From a virus, in the IMG/VR virus record IMGVR_UViG_3300035696_001556, positions 109,495 through 173,494 of that record: a DNA stretch of 64,000 nt; one strand, written 5' to 3'. Every line of letters starts with the position of its first letter. The first letter of the stretch is position 1. The notes beneath the pieces were generated by a model. That model ran no database searches. It was not told the origin of the DNA and was given only the letters and a program-made list of their open reading frames with translations. The translations under genes and the position numbers were made by a program. Shown piece by piece: positions 1-11,200 of this stretch.

Positions 1-1
1 C

Positions 2-487
2 GGTAAACTGAGGTTAAGAGACAAAAATGAAGCAGATCCAATTAAAGCCTCAAGCGTAGGTACCATATCTCTAAATGTTAACGATCCTGAGATTTTAAAT
101 ACACACGTATATTTAGGATTTTTAGGAGATATCAATTTTTATCAGATATCCGATTATGATTTGTGGAAGCAGTATGTTCTTGTAAAAAGAAGGTTGGGTA
201 TGTCTTGGGACCAAAGCTCCCCAGATTATTATGTGCCAGATAATTTGTATAGCTTCGGGAGTTATGAGTACACTTTGAATCTGGTTAAAAACGGTAAATT
301 CTTATACTATCTCAAGTATACTAGATTCAATGAACTGGCAACTAGCTTGAGCGAAGAAGACTTATATAATAACAAATACCTCTGGATATTTTTAAAAGCA
401 CACAGGGAGATAGGATGCGACTCAAAAGTGATAGCTCTTCAAAAAAAGATCAAGAGCGACAACCAGAAAGCCCTTCTGCTTCAGTAA
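2..487 (+). CDS. C-terminal part of a gene running in from the left edge (probably virion structural)
   Basis: The frame of ORF 161..487 is open without a stop from position 2; it lies in the structural gene cluster. Confidence 0.7.
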   Translation, partial: GKLRLRDKNEADPIKASSVGTISLNVNDPEILNTHVYLGFLGDINFYQISDYDLWKQYVLVKRRLGMSWDQSSPDYYVPDNLYSFGSYEYTLNLVKNGKFLYYLKYTRFNELATSLSEEDLYNNKYLWIFLKAHREIGCDSKVIALQKKIKSDNQKALLLQ

Positions 488-654
488 AGCAGGGAGATTC
501 CTGGGAACTTATTGATATGTCTCAACAGAAAGACCAAGCAGGAAGGTTAATGCAGAACCTTTTTGGTGAAGCATTGGCAAAACTACAGTATATGATAATG
601 AAAGATAAAAAGAAATTTGACAAATTAGTTAAGGAAAAAAGACATGTCAATTAG
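415..654 (+). CDS. small hypothetical protein (true start may be the ATG near 518)
   Basis: Fills the gap between neighbouring genes and overlaps the start of 644..2476. Confidence 0.4.
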   Translation: MRLKSDSSSKKDQERQPESPSASVKQGDSWELIDMSQQKDQAGRLMQNLFGEALAKLQYMIMKDKKKFDKLVKEKRHVN

Positions 655-2476
655 ACCTTCAATAATTTTTTCCACCATCAAGCCAAGCTTGAGCGGCGGC
701 TATCAAAATATAGGACTAGTAGATCCTGTTGTGCCTCCGTCTAATGTTTCTAATCTAGGTTTACCTATAACACCGGCCCCTAGCCAAGGACCTGGAGGAG
801 AGACTTGGAAGGAATTTTCTATAAATCTATCGTTGGGGGATGTTATATCTCCAGCTGATTTAAACAATTTCAACCAATTGCTGAAGAACATAAACTCTGT
901 AGCTCAGGGTTTGGTAGCAATAATTAAAATAATCAGACTGTTAACTTCTGATCTTCTTTCTTTAAACAGAGCTTTTAAGTTTGTAATACAGCTGATAGTG
1001 ACCCAGTTGAAATCTTTAATTCAGACTTTCTTGTCAACAGGTATATATGTGTCCGTGATACAACCAAGGCAAAGCCCACACGAGAAAGGATACTTCTTTC
1101 CTACATGGGCGGATTTCAATGAATTTAAAACGGTTCTTGTTTCTGCTTGTACGAATCCTGGTAATATAGGATCTCCTGCACAACTGGGGCCTAATGCAAC
1201 TGTAGGGGGTTTTATTATAGGAGCAACTGCAGGATCTAATGATCTTGGGGTGATAGATCAGGTAATTGAAAATTTCAAAATTATAGGCAATCTTTTTGGA
1301 TTCAAAACACCGTTTCCTGGTCCTCCAAAAAATGCTAAAGCTGTAGGAGGCCTTTTCGATACTAAACTAGGGATACAGCTGACTTGGGACAAGCCAGATT
1401 CTTTTATTTTTGGTGGTTTTAGGGTGTATAGATGTATGAATAAAGAGGGAACGTTCCCTTCAAGTTCGGATATGGATTTGATTATAGCTAATACGCCTAC
1501 AGCCAGTAATCCTAATCAATTAAGGGATTTTCAGACTATAAAAATGTTTGACAATGATGCAAGCGGCGGCACTCCATTTAACTCAGGGAAACCCTTATTT
1601 GTTCCGGTCTCATTGACGTCGGAAAGTTATTCGATAATAGATTATGATGTGGTGCAGGGAACAACCTATTACTATAGAATATTTACTGTAATAGAGAATT
1701 CTGGTCTTGCGAACGATCCTTACATGTTTCGTTTGGGTAGTCCTATGTCTTCAAACGAGGCATCTGCCACTGCTGCGGGATGTATACCTGTTTCTGAGAT
1801 ACCAACTGGGATCCTTACGACAGGAGGATCGTGGGTTAATGAAAAGGATTTAATGCTTGAATGGACATATGTGAACCTTAATAGATTTTTTGGTTCGCAG
1901 GTCGATCAACTTCTTAAAGTGATAGATAACTTTGCAGACAAGCTCATCGGATTTGTTAGTACCGGATCGGATGCTATCGACGAATTTTTGGATTTTTTCA
2001 GTGGGAAAATAAATGATTACATCAATATAGTCCAGACCATAACAAATGTCGTGAACATATTAATGAATTTCAGGATGCAGGGGTCATTATTATTCCTTGA
2101 TTTGACCAATACGCAACCGGGGGGTATCACAAACTTTGCAGATAGGATTGCACATGCTGGAGTTCAGTCCAGCACTTTCGGAACTATCCCGCCAAGTGCA
2201 AGTACAGTTTTAGCTAATAGCGGTATAACGAACACTAATGCAGGGCCTTTAACCAAACAAATGAGTGACAGTATAGGTCAGTCTCTGGATGCTTTAAAAG
2301 GGATTTATGTTGGTGTCATGGTAGTCTTCGGAACTGTTGATCCAACAGACAAACAAACTCTAAATACTATAACAGCTCCGTATTTGGAAGAATATAATGA
2401 TGTTCAGCAGCAACTTTCTGGAACCCAAGACTCCATAAATATGCTTGTAAAGATACTGTTAGGGAAGGGGACTTAA
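644..2476 (+). CDS. virion structural protein with fibronectin type III-like domain
   Basis: PGPPKNAKA..IQLTWDKP..GFRVYR..GTTYYYRIFTV is an FN3-type pattern; flanked by amphipathic helical segments. Confidence 0.6.
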   Translation: MSIRPSIIFSTIKPSLSGGYQNIGLVDPVVPPSNVSNLGLPITPAPSQGPGGETWKEFSINLSLGDVISPADLNNFNQLLKNINSVAQGLVAIIKIIRLLTSDLLSLNRAFKFVIQLIVTQLKSLIQTFLSTGIYVSVIQPRQSPHEKGYFFPTWADFNEFKTVLVSACTNPGNIGSPAQLGPNATVGGFIIGATAGSNDLGVIDQVIENFKIIGNLFGFKTPFPGPPKNAKAVGGLFDTKLGIQLTWDKPDSFIFGGFRVYRCMNKEGTFPSSSDMDLIIANTPTASNPNQLRDFQTIKMFDNDASGGTPFNSGKPLFVPVSLTSESYSIIDYDVVQGTTYYYRIFTVIENSGLANDPYMFRLGSPMSSNEASATAAGCIPVSEIPTGILTTGGSWVNEKDLMLEWTYVNLNRFFGSQVDQLLKVIDNFADKLIGFVSTGSDAIDEFLDFFSGKINDYINIVQTITNVVNILMNFRMQGSLLFLDLTNTQPGGITNFADRIAHAGVQSSTFGTIPPSASTVLANSGITNTNAGPLTKQMSDSIGQSLDALKGIYVGVMVVFGTVDPTDKQTLNTITAPYLEEYNDVQQQLSGTQDSINMLVKILLGKGT

Positions 2477-2477
2477 A

Positions 2478-2984
2478 ATGGGTGTTTTACGTGGAAACAT
2501 ATCTCAGTACTATAATAAGGATAATCCTTCTGAAATACAGGATTTATACTCCATTATAAAAAATACTGAGGATTACAGATCTAAAAAAGTCACAGACTTG
2601 AAAAATGAGCACTCTCTTATAATGAGAAGAATAACCAGACTTACGCAACAGAAAGAAGCATACATAAGAATGTCAGGTGTGCTGTCTAGTGCTGACGTTC
2701 CGGATAACATATCTGCCGTTTTCTATAATGATGATTTTGATACAGGAGATTCTGAGCTCAGCCAAAGCGAAGATATCAATAAAGTAATCTTATTGAGAAG
2801 GCCTGCGGATCCGGTTCTTACATATACCAGGGACACTATGCGTAAAAATATCCCTGAGATAGAGATAAAAATACGGGACTATGATTATCAGTTGATGAGA
2901 TTGTCTTTATTGGAAGAGAAGATAACATACTGGATATCCAATATCCTTAAAAGTGAAACGACAGCTCAACAGGCGGCAATCTAA
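2478..2984 (+). CDS. hypothetical coiled-coil protein
   Basis: 168-aa ORF tightly packed in the operon, with heptad-like stretches. Confidence 0.7.
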   Translation: MGVLRGNISQYYNKDNPSEIQDLYSIIKNTEDYRSKKVTDLKNEHSLIMRRITRLTQQKEAYIRMSGVLSSADVPDNISAVFYNDDFDTGDSELSQSEDINKVILLRRPADPVLTYTRDTMRKNIPEIEIKIRDYDYQLMRLSLLEEKITYWISNILKSETTAQQAAI

Positions 2985-2986
2985 AC

Positions 2987-4027
2987 ATGGCTACTTTTTT
3001 AGATCAATACAATCTTTTAGTTGGCATGTATCACGGATGCCACAATATTATTAAAGATTTAGATAACTTTCTAAATTTCCTTAATAAGTTGGTGGATCCA
3101 AATACTGTTGTGCCAGATTATGAGAGTCCAACCATATTCATAAAAAATCTTGACGTGTATAGAACAAGGGAGACATTACGTACGGATATAGGAAATTATT
3201 TGATTACCTATGGAGATAACCTGTCTTCTTCGTATTCCGACGCATTAGGATACTTGACTGAAATGAGAAATTATCTCGATGTTCTAGTTAAGGTTCCATA
3301 CATACAAGATTTAATGCCTTTCAAAGCTATTTTTTCTCAAAAACAGTATGATGCAAAATTGATGACTAGTTTGAGAGATCCACTGATGCAAAGTATCCGA
3401 GTTCTTTCGCAATCTAATACTTCTACAAGTAAAAGTGGGGTGGCAGTTAAGCCTACTAATGTTGATACTACCAACGCCCCAGCTTCTGCTTTAATGGCAG
3501 TAGTTAATAGTCATGTAAATAACCCTGCAGCAGCAGTCGCATTGGATCCTATAAAAAATACGGACATCCAGGCAGATGAAAAAGATATCATTGCTTCTAA
3601 AGCTCAGCAGGCGATTCAGCAAAAGAACGTTCAAGCAAATCTAGCTGATCCTACCTATGTAGGAAACTTGGTCAACACAGTTGATACAAAGAATCCTAGC
3701 TGGATTAAAACAGTCGCTGGAGCTCCAAATAGTATCAATAGTTTTGTTACTGATGCTATGGGAAGATATGTAACCAGGAATCTGGTTCTGTTCGACAGTC
3801 TGTTTGTAACGACTCCTACACAGACTCAAGATGACACCTCAGCAGCTCTAAGAGAGCAGACTAGAAAAAAATATGGAGGAGGTAATTTAGGCTTTTGTGA
3901 TGAAGTACCGGATGCCAAGAATCCAGGCCAATGGATTTTGAAAAAAAAGGCAGTTTCTCAGCAAGCTTTAGTAGCCAACCGTAACGCTTTGGCTTTAAAG
4001 ATTTTACAGTCTAATCCAAACACCTAA
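2987..4027 (+). CDS. hypothetical virion protein
   Basis: 346-aa ORF, tightly packed. Confidence 0.7.
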   Translation: MATFLDQYNLLVGMYHGCHNIIKDLDNFLNFLNKLVDPNTVVPDYESPTIFIKNLDVYRTRETLRTDIGNYLITYGDNLSSSYSDALGYLTEMRNYLDVLVKVPYIQDLMPFKAIFSQKQYDAKLMTSLRDPLMQSIRVLSQSNTSTSKSGVAVKPTNVDTTNAPASALMAVVNSHVNNPAAAVALDPIKNTDIQADEKDIIASKAQQAIQQKNVQANLADPTYVGNLVNTVDTKNPSWIKTVAGAPNSINSFVTDAMGRYVTRNLVLFDSLFVTTPTQTQDDTSAALREQTRKKYGGGNLGFCDEVPDAKNPGQWILKKKAVSQQALVANRNALALKILQSNPNT

Positions 4028-4034
4028 AAATAAG

Positions 4035-4042
4035 CTATTAAT
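4035..4042 (+). promoter_or_regulatory. putative phage late-promoter motif CTATTAAT
   Basis: Same 8-mer in intergenic gaps before structural genes at 17080 and 44880; variants CTACTAAT at 24593 and CTATAAAT at 20171. Confidence 0.5.
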
Positions 4043-4056
4043 ATTTTAATCTTTTT

Positions 4057-4791
4057 ATGTCTATAGATTTCAGAATACAAAATAAATGCGACCATGTTAT
4101 CAACTGGGAGAGAATTTCTCTCCAAGCTGACAGACGCTCTTTGGCTCCGACGTTCCCTTTAGGATCCACAGTGTCTCTGTCTGTGAGAATAAATGACGTA
4201 GTAATAAGTCCGAGTAATTACAATATAGCTCTGAACAATGACCAAACTTTGTCTCCTACTTCGACCGTTATGCTTAAAAAGAAGTGTCCGCTCTACTATC
4301 CTATAGTGGAGTTACAGTATGTGACATTAAAAGCATTCTGTCCAAAGTGTTGGGGAACAACTGTACTGGATGATTTCGTTTATGGACCAAGTAAAGATGT
4401 GGTAACCGTTCAAGATGAATTTCTGTTAATACAGACTTTTGAAAAACTCATAATTACAAGAATAAACAGCAATCCATATTACAGCTGGATAGGAACATCG
4501 ATCCATAAGCTGATAGGTAAAAAGATTACAGATATAGATTATTTCACAACAAAAATTTCTGAAGATGTTAAAAAGTGTGTAGATGATATTAAGAAAATAG
4601 AAGCACAATATGTGAGCACCGGAAGATCCGTTAGTGCTGGAGAATTGTTTGGTAATCTCTTAGAAGTTGACGTAACTCAAAGTACGACAGATCCAACCAT
4701 GCTGAACGTTTTGGTTAAATATACTGCTCAAAGTGGAAAAGCAGTAGAATATCAGCAACTTGTACAACTTTCGAAATTGAGACAGAGATAA
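4057..4791 (+). CDS. baseplate wedge protein, gp25/GpW-like C-terminal domain with CxxC
   Basis: LIQTFEKLIITRINSNPYYSWIGTSIHKLIG resembles gp25-family proteins; CPKC motif; directly precedes the baseplate J-like gene. Confidence 0.6.
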   Translation: MSIDFRIQNKCDHVINWERISLQADRRSLAPTFPLGSTVSLSVRINDVVISPSNYNIALNNDQTLSPTSTVMLKKKCPLYYPIVELQYVTLKAFCPKCWGTTVLDDFVYGPSKDVVTVQDEFLLIQTFEKLIITRINSNPYYSWIGTSIHKLIGKKITDIDYFTTKISEDVKKCVDDIKKIEAQYVSTGRSVSAGELFGNLLEVDVTQSTTDPTMLNVLVKYTAQSGKAVEYQQLVQLSKLRQR

Positions 4792-4800
4792 GAGGTAGAC

Positions 4801-7800
4801 ATGTCATACACAGGTCAACTAGGTCAGCTTCAATCGCCCACAATAGTATCTCCTATGACGAATTGGGTTCCTCAAGGAGAAACAGGTGCGAACTATGAAT
4901 ATTATTCTAGCAGCCTGACTCAACAGATATTAGGATCTCTTCCGGTACCACTGAGTGTACCAAACAACGTCTCGTTGGCGGTATTGTATAGCTATACTAT
5001 CACCAGGAACGGTTCCATCTCCATTCCTACTCCTTATAGTCAAGTTGGTACTACCACTGGTGCCACCAATCCTGCATTGGAAGATGTACCTTGGTCTTTC
5101 AACACGGTAAGCTATGGAACTGTTCCTATTACCTATTACATTACACTATTAGAAGGAGATATACTTACAATATCTTTTATATCCAGAGATCTTTCTGGTC
5201 AGTATTTAGACAGTAATCCTTCTGAGGTTGTAGTTAATATAGTCAGTATAAATGAAATCAATACTTCTGCTAGTATCCCTTCAGGTATCCAATTGAAATT
5301 ATTTAAAGACAATATGAAAATACTTATACCAAAAAGTAGTCTTTTAGTAAGTTCAAATAGTGATTTCCTTGGGTGTAACTTCTATATAAGCTTGAGCCCT
5401 GGTGGTGGTACAAACGGATACCAGTTAATGAATGACACTTATGTGAGTACCACGGATGACTCAGAACTTGTAGAAACTATCGTGACCCTCTCTGATGTGA
5501 CCAGTGAAGCCGACAGTACCACCACTGAAACCAAACAGACTCAACAGGTGCCAACAGAGTATTACACTTTTTCCGTTAATAAAACAGTCCTGACAAATCT
5601 TGTTAATGATGGTGTGATAAGCAACGTCTTTTTGTCGGATAATGTTTCTATAAATCAAGACATAGTTTTTTACTATGTCACAACTTCTGCAGCATACGAT
5701 AGAACCTTAAATACCGCTGTAGAAAGTTCTTATTCTCTGGAATTGAATGGAAAGTTTTTACAATATAGCACAGATTTCACAGGTCTTCCTTCTCGTACAA
5801 GACAAGACATTTTGTTAAGCGTGGTACAAAGATTGACAACAAACAATAACTTGGTTAATGTAGTTACAGGTCAAGTTATAAGAGATGTCATCGATCCTGT
5901 GACGGATATGTTTTCAAAATTTTATGTTATAGAAGACTTTGTTTTCAGATGCAACTCTATTGACTGTCTGCTCTATTTTGATGATACAAATGGAGATGGT
6001 ATCAGTGATCCGGTCGCTACCAGTCCACTGAAAACAGCCTTAGCAGATGCTTTGGGGATAACAGATTATACTGTTCTGCAATCTTTAATAGATCAGCAGT
6101 TTGATAAACAGGGTGCTAATTTTGAGATGGCAAGAAAAGCAGCCACGAATTCCCAGGGAAGCGTTGTGATTTTCACTACTAAAAAACCAGTTAGTGATTT
6201 GTCCATACCAGACGGTACTGTAGTTACCTATCCTGGAGACTTGAATTTAAACATACAGCCGCAAACTTATACGGTCATCGGTGATCATACCATGGAAGCA
6301 GCCACGATAACTAATTATTATAATCCTAGTAAACAGAGATATGAGCTGCCAGCTTCTATTACGGCTGTTACTGCAGGGTCTATTGGAAATGTCCCTTCGG
6401 GATCAATAACGATAATAACTGGTGTAGATTCCTCTCTTTCTGTGGAAAATGATGTACCTACTGATTACGGTACTGATTTGGAGATAAACAGTAGCTACGG
6501 TGCTCGTATAAAGATGGCACGTCCATCTTTCGACGCTGGAACAAAACCTGGATACACCGCTACGACATATGGAGTCCCAGGAGTACAGGAAGCAATAATC
6601 CAAGCAGCTGGCGATCCATTGATGATAAGAGACTATGATCCAACTACTGGACAGCATATCGGGGGAAAAGTTGATATTTATGTCAGGGGAACAAATGAGA
6701 CTCAGATTATAGATCAAGTAGCTTTTAAATTTGATTATCCTACTGATGTTCTCGGGAACAAAATAGGTGAAATATTCTATGTTACAGACGCATCGGAATT
6801 CAGGATTAAGACGACGAATTCTAAAGTAACGGCTACCAGTCCAATCGTTATCGTAAGTAGAGTTCACAATACTACCAGAAATGCAGACTATGATTTGTCT
6901 GATCTGGTTATAGCAACCGATACTTTGCTTTTAAGCACTACAAGTCCTCGGAATGTAAGCATAGGCATGGCTACCTTGGATGTGATAGAGGTCGATTATG
7001 AATATATGAGTTCCAATGTATTACCTTTGGAAAATCAACCTGTCATAGAGCTTATCTCTGTGTCAGACAGTGGTGGTAATACAATAGATCCTTCTCTATA
7101 TCAGATAGTGAAATCAGAAGATCCTTTGAAGACGGGTAATTCCTCAATATCCACCGATGGTATAGAGTTCCTGTTTAGTTCAGCCGATCAGCTCGCAGAA
7201 GCCATAACACTTACAAATGAACAACACGTCATACGGGTAAACTTACCGGCACAGTTAAACTATAAAGGAGTTATACTCAACACAATAGTCGTGCAATCTC
7301 AGGATTTATCGACAACATACAAGAACAATATCGACTATACCATAACTTTGGGAAATCAAACAGAATTTACATATATAAATATCAAGCCAAACGGCATGAT
7401 ACGTTCTGGATTTACGGTTTCTGTGAGCTATGAAGCAAGTCAGAACTTCTTTGTAGCATACACCTATGATAGTCTCATAAACCAAGTACAGACGCAGATA
7501 AATAATATGAAGCATGCATGTGCTGATGTGATTGTTAAAGAAGCAGTAGAAAATATGGTTGATTTAAGTTTTACTGTGACCAGGGATTTAAGTGTGGCGA
7601 CAACTAACAACGGTACTCAGACAGATGATGAGATGGCTCTAATATCTCGTATACAAACTGCAGTCTTCAATGCAGTAGCTGGGCTACAAATGGGGCAGAC
7701 TTTAAAACAGAGTTTCCTTTTAAAAACGATAATGGAAGTATCTGGGGTAGATTCCGTGGAAACTCCCTTCTCTATTATGATGAAAAGAGCTGGATCATAT

Positions 7801-8211
7801 ATCCCAATGGATAACTTGGGAACAGTATCTTTCGAAGTCTTCCAAAACTCAAGTAATAGTAATGGCGTAGTTTCTTATCAGAGTATCGATCCAGTGTTAA
7901 CATACAGTACCACAGATGGTGGTGGTCCAAGTAATCTTTTCAGGGCTGTCTATGAAAACATGATAGAGTTGAACTTGGTATCTGATCCTACCTTAGTATC
8001 CGGAGGACCAGGTAGAGCCGCTATCACGGCAGATGGAAGGATAACGGTCAGTACAACGGATGGCAGTCCTCCGCAAACAAAAAGTTATACAGCTGCTTAT
8101 TATGTGGCTTATCCGACAGGAGTTACCTATACTGAGGATTTAACGACGGATGAAATAGAATATCTAAATGTGGACAGTCTGAGTTTTCAAGGAATAGACT
8201 TTACAAATTAA
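4801..8211 (+). CDS. baseplate J / gp6-like wedge protein
   Basis: GANFEMARKAATNSQGSVVIF..IPDGTVV..ITAVTAGSIGNVPSGSI..GTDLE..VPGVQEA..GGKVDIYV matches the baseplate-J motif order. Confidence 0.8.
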   Translation: MSYTGQLGQLQSPTIVSPMTNWVPQGETGANYEYYSSSLTQQILGSLPVPLSVPNNVSLAVLYSYTITRNGSISIPTPYSQVGTTTGATNPALEDVPWSFNTVSYGTVPITYYITLLEGDILTISFISRDLSGQYLDSNPSEVVVNIVSINEINTSASIPSGIQLKLFKDNMKILIPKSSLLVSSNSDFLGCNFYISLSPGGGTNGYQLMNDTYVSTTDDSELVETIVTLSDVTSEADSTTTETKQTQQVPTEYYTFSVNKTVLTNLVNDGVISNVFLSDNVSINQDIVFYYVTTSAAYDRTLNTAVESSYSLELNGKFLQYSTDFTGLPSRTRQDILLSVVQRLTTNNNLVNVVTGQVIRDVIDPVTDMFSKFYVIEDFVFRCNSIDCLLYFDDTNGDGISDPVATSPLKTALADALGITDYTVLQSLIDQQFDKQGANFEMARKAATNSQGSVVIFTTKKPVSDLSIPDGTVVTYPGDLNLNIQPQTYTVIGDHTMEAATITNYYNPSKQRYELPASITAVTAGSIGNVPSGSITIITGVDSSLSVENDVPTDYGTDLEINSSYGARIKMARPSFDAGTKPGYTATTYGVPGVQEAIIQAAGDPLMIRDYDPTTGQHIGGKVDIYVRGTNETQIIDQVAFKFDYPTDVLGNKIGEIFYVTDASEFRIKTTNSKVTATSPIVIVSRVHNTTRNADYDLSDLVIATDTLLLSTTSPRNVSIGMATLDVIEVDYEYMSSNVLPLENQPVIELISVSDSGGNTIDPSLYQIVKSEDPLKTGNSSISTDGIEFLFSSADQLAEAITLTNEQHVIRVNLPAQLNYKGVILNTIVVQSQDLSTTYKNNIDYTITLGNQTEFTYINIKPNGMIRSGFTVSVSYEASQNFFVAYTYDSLINQVQTQINNMKHACADVIVKEAVENMVDLSFTVTRDLSVATTNNGTQTDDEMALISRIQTAVFNAVAGLQMGQTLKQSFLLKTIMEVSGVDSVETPFSIMMKRAGSYIPMDNLGTVSFEVFQNSSNSNGVVSYQSIDPVLTYSTTDGGGPSNLFRAVYENMIELNLVSDPTLVSGGPGRAAITADGRITVSTTDGSPPQTKSYTAAYYVAYPTGVTYTEDLTTDEIEYLNVDSLSFQGIDFTN

Positions 8212-8223
8212 GAGAGGTTTTAA

Positions 8224-11200
8224 ATGTCTCCAAGTGTAGAACCTAACAGCGCAAGCATTTACGAAAATCTGAATTACGCTTATGACAAGGTAGTTTTCAA
8301 TCCAGGGAATCCTCCTCTTGGCAGTGAATTGAACACGCTTCAGGAGCAACTGGAGATACTCACACAGAAAACTGCCGGGAGCATGCCGTCAGGTTGGTTA
8401 AGCTACAGGCCGTTTTATACTTCGGCTACTTTGTCTAATAGCTTCTATACGCAAGATCCTTCTCAGCCAATACCCGAAGTAGCTATGGTAAATGGTTGGC
8501 CTATTTTTGTTACCAATACTAATACTGATTTATCTCAAATTAATCAGATAAACCTCAATGACTTTGAACTGAAATCAGGATCAAGAGTTGATGGAGTCGT
8601 CTTGGAAGTGTGGAGATCGCTATTAACTCCACAGGATACTAACGTTGCTTCGAAGCCTACGAATGTGAGCCAAGTAAGTACTATCTACTCAATATACATG
8701 TATGACGAAGATCTCGGATGGGCAGTTGGTGACAGAGGAACTATCCTTAAGACAGTCAATGGAGGACTTAACTGGAACTCAATACAGACACCTATTTCCG
8801 TTCTTTTTACCAGAGTTCAGTTTTTTGATCAGTCTTTGGGTTATGCCGTAGGTCAAAATGGATATGTAATCAAGACCACTAACGGAGGAGACTCCTGGTA
8901 TCTTCTTACTTCCGTTGTAAACGATAATCTTAATGATCTGGCTGTTATAGACCAGAACACTATTATCGCGGTCGGAGATAACGGAACAGTAATAAAGTCA
9001 ATAGACGGTACCAATTTTAATCTCATTGAAAGTACTTCTGGTGTTACCGCCAATTTAAATGCAGTACATTTTTATGATGACAGAATAGGCTGGGCTGCGG
9101 GTGACAACGGAACTTTCCTCATCACGATAAATGAAGGACAATCCTGGCAGTCACAAACTGTCATAGATGCCAGTACCAATACCGTTGTAACCACAAATCT
9201 GACTTCTATATCTTTCTTCAATTTGAATGATGGACTGGTAGTTGGAGAGAATGGCACTATCCTTAAGACGACAGATGGTGGATACCACTTTGTCAACATG
9301 TCAGGTAGAATCTACAACGGAACAGCATATCAAACTATAAACCAACTGCGTCCTGGTTTGGACAATGACATCAATCGTGTTTTTGTAAGAAGGGAATTCG
9401 CAAATAATTTCAATATCAGTGTTTATCCAGCTTCCATAGGAACATTTACGAATATCATTTACAGCATATCTCCTTCTAACTATCCTGATTCATTGGTTCT
9501 TCAGTGGCAGGGGGCTTTGGATGGAAGAAATTATATAAAGACACTTGATCTGGACGATTACGATACTGCAGATGATTTAGCTACAGCTGTTAATCAGATA
9601 CAGAGTCCATACTCTCCTACTGATGTAAGCTACCCAGATAATCTGAGAAAAACAACCAGAGTGTTTATAATGACAGTAGACTACGCAAATGCTGTTAAAC
9701 CTTCTGATTTTCGTCCAGCAAGCGGTTCGATCTCTTCTACCGGTACAACAGTAATAAGTTTCTCCGTGGAAGATAAAGCTTGGATCGTAGGTAATGATGG
9801 TCTTGTGGCCAGTACTAATAACAGTGGATCTAAGTGGTCACTAATCACAAATAATTATGGATTCGATCTATATGATGTTAACATGCAGGCCAACAATTAC
9901 GGGTGGGTAGTTGGATCTGCTGGCAGTATCCTTTTATATGATCCGACAAATATCCCAACTAATTTTGCACTGCAAAATACCGATCTTCCTCTTAAATCAA
10001 AAGGAAGAATATTCCCTGAAGGAAACATCCTTTCACAGTCTGATAGTTTCCTTAACGATAATATGATCGATCCAAATGTCGGAGTGGAAACTACAGACAG
10101 AGTCCAGATACAATATGCTATAAGAGTACTCGAGGGAGTAGATCCTTTCACATATCCTGAAGGTGGGCTAGGGGCAGAATACGTTTACAGTCTGGGTCCA
10201 AATGCTACGGGGCAGGACGCGGGTAGTTACACTTTTGAAAATATGGGAGATCAAAACGGAGATTACGGACTTTGGAGAGCTCGTTGCAGGAACACTTATG
10301 ATGGATGGTCTTGGGCTATCCCTATGTTTTTTGTTGCACGCAGAAATTCTTCACCGTTTGATCCAGATACGAATATCAACGGGTCGACTATCTATAACCT
10401 CAATGCTATAAGACCGGACGGACTGACGTACGAACAAATAACAGATGATGATATAACTGATTTGAGAAAGAAGATAAATATCCAATCTTATACGGCTCTG
10501 TTCGAAAAGAATTTTGATAAGCTTCTCGGCAACAGATTACAGACCAAACTGAGTGAGCAAGATACAAAAGGTACTCAGTATGGGACTAACATCCTTTCTG
10601 CAGATACATATGTAGGTACAGCCGCTTTAGGGAACCTAATAGCCGGAGATGTAACTTCCGAGGCCGTCTTGGAATCTTTTGTAAAAATACTTAATCCAAA
10701 TGGCGCAACCCCTTTAACGGATGCTGATTGGACTGTAGGGCCTACTATAAACTGCATCTACATGACTGATCCTGCTTATCATTCAGTCATAAGTTACATA
10801 AACGGTGCAGCAACTTCCCAGGTCATACCAGGATATTTTGAGGGATTAGGAACCAACACCATAAAATTCGATATTGGAAATTATACTCCTGCTCCAGGTG
10901 AACAGTACTTGATGACAGTTTGGAGAATAAACTATTCGAATAACGGTTTGACAAATATCCCGAATGAACCTCTAGGTATTTCGTATGTTCCTTCAACTGA
11001 GGATACGAGCATATTTTACCGTGGTATAAATGCTAATACAGTGAGTCAGATCATAGAATACCTCACAGCAAATGTTCCAGGTTATAACGACTATGCTATT
11101 TTCTATTCTGCTAAAACTGTTGGAACAACTGCGGCTGATATAAACCTTTACCAAAGTTCGGACATCTATGATCAGACTACTGATGGGTATAGTCAATCTT